Positions 49,956 through 62,200 of a stretch of 64,000 bases of DNA are shown piece after piece; positions within the stretch are counted from its first letter, which is position 1, and each line of letters begins with the position of its first letter. The stretch is from NCBI GenBank assembly GCA_965644295.1, contig CBFFRP010000419.1, positions 242,055 to 306,054 on the forward strand, written 5' to 3'. Origin of the DNA: Paraphysomonas bandaiensis (taxonomy: Eukaryota > Protista > Chrysophyceae). Both the position numbers and the translations under genes were made by a program. The notes under the pieces were generated by a model, which was not told where the DNA came from, did no database searches, and saw only the letters and a list, made by a program, of their open reading frames with translations.

Positions 49956-52900
49956 ATGTCTAATTTCGAACAGGTAAAAACTAGTCGTAAGCAACAGCCC
50001 TGTGTTTTTATTGTTGGCCATGTGCATTCAGGCAAAGGCTGCAATTCAAGCCTTGGGTACGAGCAGTGCACAGGAGGCTAATAAATGGTTAGTGGAGTTT
50101 GAAACCTCTACAGAAGCATGGACAGTTGCACAGATGCTTCTGTTGGAAGAAAAAGGGACGAATAACAGATTTTATGGAGCTAATATACTTTACAATAAAA
50201 TTAGGCGTGATTATTATCAGTTGCAACATAATGCACATGAGTTGAAGAAAAGTCTGGTTAATCATATTTTAAACCTCTCCCATGAGAATCCGATTGATAT
50301 ACCGGTTATTCGTCGGGTTTGCTTGGCTCTAGCTGCTCTGGCATTACAATTGAATGAACGGGGAATTGTCAATGAAATATTGGCTTGTATGGATCCTATT
50401 ATTGCTACTTCTCCGCATGTTTTACTGGATTTGTTAATGGTTCTTCCGGAGGAGTGTTACAACCGTCACATCGATGTTGATGAGGAAATTCGCCACCAGT
50501 TTTCGGACCAGCTCTCTTCATCTGCCCCCCAAGTTTTAGACTTTCTGTGCACTTTCACGTCCGGACAAAATGCTGCTAATTTACAGACGTATATTCAGCT
50601 ATTGAAATGTCTTAGCCGGTGGGTGGAGAACACTAACATCAGCCAGTGCACCTTGGCCCGCCATCCCATCTTGCAGTTTACCCTTTCTGCCTTGCGCAAC
50701 CGTGACCTCTTCGAGGAAGCAGTGGATGTTCTAGTCACTCTCTTTCGTAAGTTTTCAGGGCACGAATGTTTGGAAGATGACATGGCTTTGCCTTCGCTGC
50801 TAGTCCCTGCCGCATTGGATATTCAGGACCTTTGGAGCGATGATGAAATACGTGATAACAACCACGACGATGATGTGTGTCGCGGAATCTGTCGCGTATT
50901 CACTGAAATGATGGAATCCTACTTGTTCGTTATTACGCAGCAGTACGATATCGGTCAAGATCGGATAATGAGCCAGCTATTGAAGTGTGCGGCTTATCCA
51001 TGGGATTTTGATATTGCCCGTATTCCTTTAAAAGGATTTTATGAACTCAGCGCGCTTATCAAAAATTGCGGCCACGAGAGAGACTCGCACGTTACACGCT
51101 TTGGGCCATACTTTTGTAAATTATTGGAAATCACGGTTTTTCAAATGCGTCTTAGTGCGGTTGTTTTGAGTGGTAGTGAGAAAATGAGCACACAGGATGA
51201 ATACACCCGCGATGAGTTGAACGAAACTGTCATCGATGTTATCGATGTCATTGGGGCAAAGCGTGCGCTTGATGTAGTTCTTCAAGTATTGCAGGGGCAG
51301 ATTTCATCTGGTGGGCCTTTAGTTTCCGACCAGTGGGTGATGGTGGAGGCATGTCTCAGTTGCATAGAAGTCATTACAAGCTTTCTCAGTGTGGAGGAGA
51401 GCAAAGTTCCTCTCGCACAGATTATGCAGTTTCTCATAACTTTACCGGACGGCTTGCCTGCGCTGCTGATAGTTAGAAACAAAATAATCAGTCGATCGGC
51501 GGCTTTTCTCAATACGGATCAGACATATCTTCCGTCTCTGATGGAGCTCGTATCTACAGGTCTGCTATCCAAGACCACAGTGGCCTCTTCTGCACGCGCA
51601 GTTATGTCGCTCTTCAAAAATTGTCCGGCATCTCATGGAATTCTACAATTAGACGCTTTCTATGCGCAAATATGCGTTATGCGTGTGGAGGGAAACTTGC
51701 CGGTTGAATGTGATGTAGATATTCTTGATGGTCTCAGCTGTGTAATTTCATCAAAAGAATTCGACGGAGCTGTTCAGGCGCTGAAGCATACCATAGCCCC
51801 CCTTTTAACATCCATCCAACATGGTCTCGACGCCCACGCTTCGTCTAAAGTGATTATGGATGACTTAGAACGAATTACAGTGCTTCTTAGCAACACGAAG
51901 TGTCGTGGAATGCGAGATCAGCATCCCGTAGTGGCAGTTTTTACTGATTTGTGGCCGGTGTTGACACAAGTTATGCATGCCCATCCCACTGAAATAGTGT
52001 GTGAAAAGGTCTGTCGATGCTACAAACATTTCATGCGTAATACGGCTATCTTCTCGTTGCCGATGATGGAGTCCATGGCATCCCATGTGGTTCAACTCTT
52101 TCAAATAAAGCAGTATGCATGCTTTCTATATGTCGCATCGATTAGCATTGCCACCATTGGGGAAAGCGGATGCGACATGACCAATGATCATGCTGTTGCC
52201 TGTGGGAGCCTGCTAGTTGGGCACTTGAAGCAAACCATGTCAAACATGTTCCAAGGGATGTCCAACACTTTCTTCACACGGCACAGGAGCTTAGCAGAAT
52301 TTGAAAATAATCCTGACGTCGTGGAGGAGTATTTCTACCTTATGGCACGTGTGCTACTGGTGCTCCCAACGTTGTTTGTAAATTACCCGGAGGCTGGCCA
52401 CGTTATAGACGCTGGGATTATTGGGTTACGTCTGAAGCACAGAGAAGCGCAGAAAGGTATTCTGCTCTTTTTTGAGCGGCTAGTGCAAAGTCCCCGGGAG
52501 CTCTCGAAGCTAGTTTCATGTGATGACGCACTGGAAAAGTCGAAGCATCTGCTTGTTCGATGTATGCCAAGTTTGGTGGGAGCTTTGCTCGAGAGTCTCT
52601 CGGGTCAAATCCCTGCATATGCTCTAGACGAAAGTTATGGGTGTATATCTGATGTGCTGTGGACACTCAAGCAATTGTGTCCAGCTGAATTTAATGTGAG
52701 TTGTCCTAAAATGAATGTATCTATGCTGTTTACAGTGTTGAATGCTGCATTGGTGAATGTGCATTATACTCATGGTGGTGTGAATTAATAATGATCTATA
52801 CGTATAGGCATGTTTGGAGACGTGTCTCGGGAATCTACCGCTCGCTGCACAAGAGGAAGCTCATACCATGTCGTTTTCTCAATCTCTCTTGGAGGCACCA

Positions 52901-52972
52901 CATCAAAGAAGTTTTAGTAAAATACTTAGTGCCTTTGAAAATAAGTGCCGCAGGAGGATACAGCGGAATTGA
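49956..52972 (+). CDS. Importin-beta family karyopherin, transportin-SR (TNPO3/MOS14)-like, 3 exons
   Basis: MSNFEQ|AKAAIQAL...ANKWLVEFETSTEAWTVA...FYGANILYNKIRRD; LLMVLPEE; VCEKVCRCYKH; NPDVVEEYFYL. Last intron gtgagt...tatag and stop TGA at 52970-52972. Confidence 0.85.
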
Positions 52973-53205
52973 AATTGCATTAGCGCGTAACAAGTTACGT
53001 CGTTTTACGCACAGCACCAGGGATACATTCTTCTCTGTGCCGTTTTGTTAAATAACTAAAAATATCGTCTGATTAATAGTGTCATTTCATTGCGAGATGT
53101 TTCGTCGCCAACACATAATATTTTGTCCGCGGCTTATCGTTGAAATTGCTCGTTTAATTTCTCCATCGTACAATCTATTATGACCTGGTATCCCTTATAT
53201 GAGTA

Positions 53206-53332
53206 GTCTTATTATTACAGTAGGCGTTAAAAACCAGCACAAACTTAGTAGCTAGATGAATGCTAGACAAACTAGTTAGACCTCTACCTGTAACTAATCA
53301 GTACACACTTCTTTTATCCTATTATTTAACGC
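53206..53332 (-). repeat. Distal tail of the short repeat / LINE family
   Basis: Matches 31255-31376. Confidence 0.85.
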
Positions 53333-53369
53333 TGTTGAGTTTTGCTGTTTAAGCAATTATAACGTACGT

Positions 53370-54768
53370 TGAGCGTACGTGAATTCGAAGGGTGTTGGCT
53401 AGTGTGTCCACTCTGGATGAGATAATTCTTATCAGTGAGGAGGAGATTGTCAATAACTAATATATTATGTCTAATTGTTGTAGAGAGGCCAAGACGTAAG
53501 ATGAGGAGTAATTGCGTTAATTCACTTTAGTGTATCAGGCTATGTCTGCTGGTATGCAGGAACTGGTGTGGCTTCGGGGGGTGTTTTGACCGAAGCGGGA
53601 CTTCGATTGTACGAACCCACTCGCGACTTAGCGTTGAAGTTGAACGATGTGGTGTGATTGATCTCAGTGACGAGGATCTTTCAGATGTGTTGTCTATGGT
53701 GAGGCTAGCTGAAACGTCAGAGTCATACATCCACCGGTTTGTCCTATGAGGTTTTTGGTGGTTGCGTATCCGTCAGTTATGTCTCGTGATATGAAGGGTC
53801 TATCTACAGCATTGAATTGAGAGGGAGTGTTGAGTTTTGCCGTTGGAGCAATTAAAAGCTGTAATTCTAAGATACTGGAATTATGACGGTTACTGGAGAA
53901 TACAGTAGTGGCTAACTGTATCATGAGAAGTAATGCGAACTGAATATATATTGACCATACGAGAAGATAGTGACGATATAAGATCGTACTAGAAATGAGT
54001 GGTAGTAGAGATAACGTGATATATTGTTTATTATATTTATTGTAATCTTCCCTAATTTTATTATAAGATTTATGAGTGAATACACGTCCAATCATCCATC
54101 CAATTGTGTCGTAACTTGACATGGTAGCGGATGGTAGTTGGAAACAACTGCTGAAGTTTGACCATTGGAATGTAACTGGACAGTGAAACAGGAGTCCATA
54201 TACTACTTGTAGGGCTCGAGTGATACTGCTTTGTATAGTAGAAACATACAGCATATATAGCCTAAAAAACGGGGTTATTCATAACTTAAGAAACAATAAG
54301 ATTTATATAATTGCAATGTCTTTCCGTCAATACTCTACTATTACAAATAAATAAAGCATAAATGAGCGTACGTGAATTCGAAGGGTGTTGGCTAGTGTGT
54401 CCACTCTGGATGAGATAATTCTTATCAGTGAGGAGGAGATTGTCAATAACTAATATATTATGTCTAATTGTAGAGAGGCCAAGACGTAACATGAGGAATA
54501 ATTGCGTTAATTCGCTTTAGTGTATCAGGCTATGTCTGCTGGTATGCAGGAACTGGTGTGGCTTCGGGGGGTGTTTTGACCGAAGTGGGACTTCGATTGT
54601 ACGAACCCACTCGCGACTTAGCGTTGAAGTTGAACGATGTGGTGTGATTGATCTCAGTGACGAGGATAAGAAATCATACGTGCTGATATCAGATACAGAA
54701 GATCTTTCAGATGTGTTGCCTATGGTGAGGCTAGCTGAAACGTCAGAGTCATACATCCACCAGTTTGT
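53370..54768. repeat. Direct repeat pair 53370-53742 / 54363-54768 flanking ~620 bp (partial-tandem retroelement relic)
   Basis: Near-identical ~370-400 bp copies; the second has a ~36-bp insertion. No TG...CA termini. Confidence 0.85.
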
Positions 54769-55120
54769 ACAAACTTAGTAGCTAGATGAATGCTAGACAA
54801 ACTAGTTAGACCTCTACCTGTAACAAATCAGTACACATTTTTTTTTATTATAATATTTAACGCTACGGAAGCTGCTTGTGCGTCGCCGCAAGCACCAAGG
54901 TGCGACCACTTCCGTTCTGATTTCTTAAGGTGAGCATGATCCCGGATGCTTGACTTCAGCAGGCACTTGTATAGACGTCTTTGGGCCCTGACGAATAAAG
55001 ACAGGTATCCGGGAAGGGGCCCACCTCAAAGGCGGCCCCCACCTGAAGGGTAACCGGGGTATTGGGCTGCCTGTTGAAGTCAAGCATTCGGGATGTTCAC
55101 CTTAAGAACTCAGAGCGGAA
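54769..55120. repeat. Short repeat family pieces in inverted orientation (54769-54965 minus, 54965-55120 plus)
   Basis: Matches 31280-31475 and 17840-17995. Confidence 0.8.
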
Positions 55121-56550
55121 TTAAAGTATTCTATATCAGAGTCTTATTATTAAGTATCTTAATTTCTAACATTATTACGATAGGGAAAGCCTTTATTGAC
55201 TCAGGTAGAAGGGGTCGAACCACTTCTGCACCCTCCCCTTTTCTGTGTGTTTGTACTAGTTAGTTATAGGTAGACATCCTTTCTCTTTGGCATCCTTTCT
55301 GAAGGAATGTCAGCCCACAAGTTTGATGTTTTTCTTGAGGGTTTTGACTATATGGTATACAAGGCTACCTCTGTGAGACTTGCCTCCGGAATGAGCTTAT
55401 TGTATAAGCTCACTCAGACGTCCATATTCTTTTAAGAATACTTTAGGAACATGAATATTCACCTTATCTTTTGGTCCAAGTATATTATCTATGAACCCAG
55501 GAAGAGGCTTCAATGTTTCGGAGTAGCGCCCCTCTTCCTCCAGAAAGGCTTGTTTTAACAACTGAATCAATTCCTCAGTAGTTACAATGTTAAGATCTAG
55601 CCAGTCCTCGTCAAACTCATCTCCAAAATCCTGCTGTCGCTGGAATTGAAGCATATCACGCACTGTTGGTGCCATGATTGCTGACCTTATGAATTTTGTC
55701 CCTTTAGGATCTCTTTTCGAGATATTTTCACAAAATTCGATGATATCCTCATCCACACTACCTATAAGTAGGGAATAGAGTCGGTATTGATTACGTTATG
55801 TGGAGTGGATTCCGTCGCAATGACTTCATTCAAGTCAATGCGCTCACTCCTGTTGATGTCTCAGTTTGAGGAGAAGATTGCATTTGAGACGATGTTGTTA
55901 CATCTCTTGCTCGCTTTCGAGAGGATTCTCTCTATCTTTTCGTCTTTTTAGACGAAGAACCCGAAACAGCTAACAACTCCTCTATTTGAGGAGCTGCTCT
56001 TATTTTGCTTCTCTTACTTTCCCCCATAATATTGTTATATCACAGAGATTGAGTACTACTTATAAAGTAATATTACTGTGGACTTGCATACATATGTGTA
56101 TGTGTGCAAAGCAATACCAATTATTATCGTATAATGAATCATGAATAATACTGTCTACAATATCAACGACTAATAATACTGTCTACAATATCAACGGCTA
56201 TTTCTAATCCCAACAACAATCACATTCCCTACAGTTTGTATTCCTAACTACATGGTACACGTATACAATACAGTACTGTACTACTAATCATATAATACAG
56301 GACATGTACACATATATATTCTATATATAAGTGGATAGTCCTACAGTTTACTAGTTTGTTCATCTGGCTACTAAGCTGGACCAGTACTGACTCTCAAACG
56401 TCATTGCTAATAAACAGACTTTTATATATAAACTATCAACAAGAAAAATATGAGGATAAAAGTAATATAATAATTGAATCATTGCTTAATACAAACATAC
56501 ATATATATCAATATACCTGCACAACAATTTCCTCTATCCTGGTTTTCGTA

Positions 56551-58542
56551 TTAATCATCGTCGCTATCGCTGCTATCTTCTCTGTTTCCTTCCCTGATAC
56601 TCGCCCCTGCTTTCAATTGTTTTTTACTAATAAGATCTTCGAGGCGCTTCTGGAGTCCCTCTGCAGCTTTGTTCTTTGCTAGAAGCATACTCTGTCTATT
56701 TCGTTTCTCCTGCATAATGTGTTGCCTAAGTTTGTTTGCTTTGACCACTTGGAGCTCAGCTTCTGTTGCAGATTCACTACCACAATCCTCTATCTGAGAC
56801 CCAGCTGATCCTTTTTTCCTCTGTTTTAGTCGCTGAGCCAACTTCGCTGACGCCTGCTGTCTCTGACGGTCAACTTCTAGCTGTTGTTCCACTTGTGCGA
56901 TGTTGTAATTTGACTGTGCTGTCTTGGCAGCAGATTTAAGACTATTGCTCGATTGACTAGGGACTACTGATACTTCAGGAGAACCCCTCGAAATAGAAAA
57001 TTTCTTCATGAAGTTTGTCACCACCTAACACACATAAATAAACCTAATTTAGAGCACCAAATAATACAGTTACATACAAGCCATCCACAATATATAATTT
57101 AACTAACACCTGCATGTGCATGATCATACCTGTACACTGGTTCTCCTCACTACTGGAACGTCCATAGTGACCGCACTAATCGTAGAATTTGATCCTTCTA
57201 TAGGAGCTACGCTACTGCTCTTTCTCGACTGTACGGACTCGGCGGCTCTCATCACATGTTCCTCAACCTTGTCATTCGGGTTAGAGCGAATTTCGTCACT
57301 TTCTTTGGGTTTCTGGAATGTTTCTGGATATGATGACTCCGTGATCACACAGTTGATATTGTTCTTGTTACATTCGGCATTGACCTCGGTATCACACACT
57401 TGCACTGTACAGTCAACAACAGAGTCTGTGGACTCAGAACAGGTCGAAAATTTTTGAGATGCTACTCTGCAATGTCCATAGGTGACTGCACTTTTTCCAG
57501 CAGCATCCAACCCAGGGAGATGTGCTGGAGTATCATTTCTGCTCCCTTCCTTATCGCCAGACGTGTAATAATACTCTGATATAATTCTCTGTAAATCCCA
57601 CTGTATTACTGTCCGATCTGATGAACAAGAAACAATTTTGGGGTTGTCCTCATCGCATATTGTGCAGTCTAGAACAGATCCTGAATGTCCCTGTAAGCTG
57701 CATAGACATTCTCCTGAAAGCAAATCATACACCCGTAGGGTAGCATCTACACTACCCGAAACTACCAGTAATTGGAAACCATCCCATATCGACAGTGTGT
57801 TAATTTTGTCCTTGTGTCCGTCCATGTTGCGAATCAGTATACCTGTTTCTACATCCCACAGTTTTATCATGCTCTCCGCACCAGCAGTGGCAAGCATCGC
57901 ACGTAAGTTATTATACACAACGGCAACTGCGCATACAGTTCGTTGATGGCGAAACTTTTTCAGCTTCTTGTTACGGTACATACTCCATGATCGGGCGGTA
58001 CGGTCGACGCTCCCAGATACTATGCATATATGGCTGAGATCATTCTGATTCGCAATATCGGTTATATCAATAGAAGATGTGATACTCACATCACACACAG
58101 ACGCCCGGTGACCCTCAAAAACAGTCAATACTTCACTGGTTTGAACATCACATAAAATTACTTTTGCGTCTTTCGTACCGACTACCACAAATGTTCGACT
58201 ACCACGGTATGTAGATATCGCCCGTACATCACTGCTCGGAATATCAATATTTCGTTCCAAATTTCCAGAAGTCGGGTTCCACACCTGAATACAACTATTC
58301 TTTCCACCGATTACAATCAAAGGGTCCTCACCCTCAAGGCTCATTGAACAGACGCTTACACAATTGACGCTTCGATTTATTTCATATCTCGCTATTTCTT
58401 CAAGAGTATTAGTTTCCAAGAATCTGATATTGCGATCAGAAGATCCTGTTACTACGAATTCTGAGTCAATGGATGTATAGGTTTCCAACTCAATGCATTT
58501 GGAGGTCACGCTTTCAATTTTTTGGAGAAGAAATTTCGACAT
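56551..58542 (-). CDS. WD40-repeat protein with low-complexity linker and C-terminal coiled coil, at least 2 exons (intron 57025-57129)
   Basis: VTGSSDRNIRF, FEGHRASV..VSGSVDRTARSW, MDGHKDKI..VSGSVDATLRVYD, LQGHSGSV..VSCSSDRTVIQWD. Start codon uncertain. Confidence 0.85.
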
Positions 58543-59284
58543 TTTAAACAAGCATGCATGTGATACGACATATCTCGTTTATCATGCCAATTGCATGTAA
58601 ATGCCAATTATTTGAAGTTATAAAGGTGGAAGTTGAAGTGGTTTTATTGAATGGAATAACTGATTCCGGTAGATCATATCATCCATATCAGAAGCACTGT
58701 TTACTATACGGCGGCAATGTACAGCAGTATGTGCATATCTTCACAGCATATCGCCAACAACTGAATAACAAAAACTGGAAAATTGGAATATTTCATATAA
58801 TATCGAAATATTCGCCAAATTGGTGCACATCATTTCTAGATTTCTGTTGCATATTGACAGCAGTTTAGTTACGTCGTAGTTCGTAGTTGACAAGAGTGTA
58901 CACAAATACAAAGTACCTGATAATTTTGTATGCACACCTCAGTGTTATTATTTCTGAATTGAACATTCCATCGACGCGAATTATACGTCAAGCCGAGAAA
59001 TCAGTCTCTGAGTTCTTTATGACCCTCCCTTAGCTGCCACGATGGTCTCGCAGTGTGTTTTTTCTGTTTGGAAATAAACATAAACATGGAATTGAACTCC
59101 TTTCTGTATGCCGACCTGAAGTCTGTTCGTGTTGAGCTTGTTATGTTCTCAGTTGTGATAATGCATGGTCGTTAGAGTTCATTGCAGATATGTCATCTTT
59201 GTGAAAGTTGTGTACATATTACCTACTTGAGTATTAAATACAGAAATCCGTTCAGCTGACGTCCACCTCCGTCTTGATATAAAT

Positions 59285-62200
59285 ATGGAATTCTTGTCAG
59301 AACAAGAGCAGAAGCGGGTTATTGGAATTGTTGTGAAGCAATTGAAGAAAAGTGATCTCTCTGGTTTACTGCAGGCCCAACGAGAAGGACGTGTTGAAAC
59401 TTATGTGCAACCATACATTAAAGCTTATTTGGAACGGGCGCAAAGAAAGCGCCCCGTGTCAATGCATCGCGCAGCTTCTGCACGGTATGTTGGTTCAAGA
59501 TCAAAGTCTGCAGATAGCCTTACGCTCACGAAATCTAACCTGTCCGCACTTAATAGAGATCTGACGATAGACTCCAGCATCTCAGTTAAAGCTGACTTTA
59601 CGAAACCCCTTGCCCATACCTCTACTCTAGAACTATACAGATGCCTTCGGTCAACTGTACAATATCTTCCTCATACTCCTGGAGACTCTTTAAATATACA
59701 TTGTGCATATTTAATCTACAATGGGTTGGAGAAGCAGCTCTATGTGTGGATTGGGCGCAATTGTGACCCGATAGATATGGATATGGCCAGCAATTTGGCT
59801 CCAGACTTTTTCCGACGCAAGGGCAAAACTATTAAGCCCCCCGTAACTATCACCGACTGTCACACCACTACGATGGATACCATGGATATTAACGAGAAGA
59901 TGCTCTGGTGGCTCATGGCCGGCACGCAGGAGGTATTCTCTGGTACAGTTGCTGCAGTTGTTGATACCGCACTGCCCGACCCAAACCAGGCAGTAGAAAT
60001 ATACGAATTCTCCCGAGAACCCGAGCCCTGTCTGAACTTAATGTCAAAATTTAGTGTAGATTCGTCTGGGAGGTGCTATAAAATGCCTCCAAGTGTGCTG
60101 TCCGACAGAGGGATATTTGTTGTGGAATGTGCCCATATTGTGTATATGTGGATTGGTCGGTCGCCTACTGCAGAGCTGATGACCCATCAAGCCGCCACAA
60201 CTGCCAAGGTTACTTACAGTCGTACGAGCAAATCTATCAGACAGATACGTCAAGGAAGGGAGCCGATGGCTTTCAAGGTACTATTCGATGACTGGGATGG
60301 ACCGAAACTGAGGGGATTCAACGACAATACAACAATTTCGTCGCTGACTTCACCAACAGCAAGTCACAAGGTTCTCGACACTCCTTCCTCAAGTTTTATG
60401 AGCAAGCTAAGTCCTGGAAAAGAGAGAACTTTGGATGATCTTGCGGCTGATGTATCTTCACCTAGCAGAAGTCTACGAAAACGGCCAGGAGGATTACGTC
60501 ATTCCGCGTCAGCGAGATATATTAGCGACCGGGCGCCTTCTATGCTAACCAGGGTCAACAGCAAAACGAACCTTGCTCTTACCCTCTCGGAAGCTAATAT
60601 AAACGCATTGAATGAAGAACAAAAGCCTGCCTCAGCGCACTCCCACGAAACTGTCGCTATCTCAGAGACGACACCGACATCTGTACGGTCTCCTCTGAAA
60701 CTATTTCGGTGCTACAAGGGTAGCGTACAGTTCACACCGCACTCCTATGGGGACAAACTTAATGTTTATTGTGCATATCTTATATACAGCCCGAAAGAGC
60801 GCCAGCTGTATGTTTGGATAGGAAGGTTCGTTGCATCTGATGATAAATCTCTTGCTGCTGCAATAGCCCCAGAATATTCTAAGAAGCACCTTAAATGTTC
60901 GAGTCCCCCAGTGGTTGTGAGAGATAACGATAATGAAGAATCTCTAGACGCTGGAGGAAAGTTTTTGTGGCGAATACTTACGGGGAAAAAATCGCAGCAC
61001 CTAATGCCAAAGTTGGATACATCTGTTCCTCCCAGCAATCAGTCGGTTCAAGTTTTCTCGTTCACTCGAGACCCTCTCCCAGGCCTCCAGTTATTGGGCA
61101 CATATGATGTAAATGACACTGGTAGATGTGCAAAAATTCCTCGTAGTGTGTTAGTGGATACGGAAGTTATAATCATACAATGTCCAGGTGTTGTATACGT
61201 GTGGTTGGGTCGGTCCCTTCGCCTCCCTTGTATGGTACGAGAATCAGTAACCACCGCCCGTGCAGTCTACCGCACCGGCAACCGTACCGTACAGCAGGTT
61301 CGCTCAAGGCGGGAATCTAGTGTATTTCGGTCTCTCTTCGAGGGATGGGTTGATGTTGCCGCTGTCTCTCGAGATGACGAATACGTAGCACCGTTTGTAC
61401 CTTCTAAAACAATTTCGAAGACTACAACAACGAGCTCCATATCCCCGAGAAGGCGCCCCTTGAAGCATGCTGTGTCTGAGAGAAACATAGGAATCAAAAA
61501 AAATCTCGAAGCAGACACGAAAGAACCACCTGTTGGAAAGAGAAGGTCTGCGCTGACTCGAAGAAATATAGATGCGTTGAACAGACAATGGAACGGAAGC
61601 GAGAGCTCCAAGACAGAGTCGACTTCTATAGTCGTACCTTCTGCTCCAGTTGGATCCATTCTAAGGGATGTCCCATTCTACCGGTGCTACAAACGTTCAG
61701 TCCAGTTCTTCCCCCATAGAGTGGGAGATCCCCTCAACAGTCATTGTGCATACCTTATATACCACATTCTTGCACACCAGTTGTATGTGTGGATCGGCAG
61801 TGATTGTGAGGTGGAGGATTATCATCTTGCAAAGTCCACTGCGAATGAAATGTCTGTGATTGACTTAAAGTCTTTCAAGCGACCAGTGTTCATCAAGGAA
61901 GATGACTCAAAAGGCGCTTTGGATGGTAACGAGAAATTTTTATGGCACTTACTCAATGGGGATTACAGACTGTCGGCCACAGGAGAAACTGAGAGAAATG
62001 TGAGTTCAGATGTACCCGCGCCGAACGAATCTGTTCAGGTACTTTCCTTTGATCCCAATATTCCGCAGAAGTTTTTGGTTGTCTCGAAGTATAATGTTGA
62101 TGCATCGGGAAGGTGTTATAGGATGGCCCCGAGTGTTCTATCTGACAAGGGTGTATTTATTATTGAATGTGCACATGTCGTGTATATGTGGGTAGGGTAC

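Noticed and set aside
53370-54768. Canonical LTR retrotransposon or TRIM
   Set aside because: No TG...CA termini, primer-binding site or short TSD seen; kept only as a direct-repeat structure.
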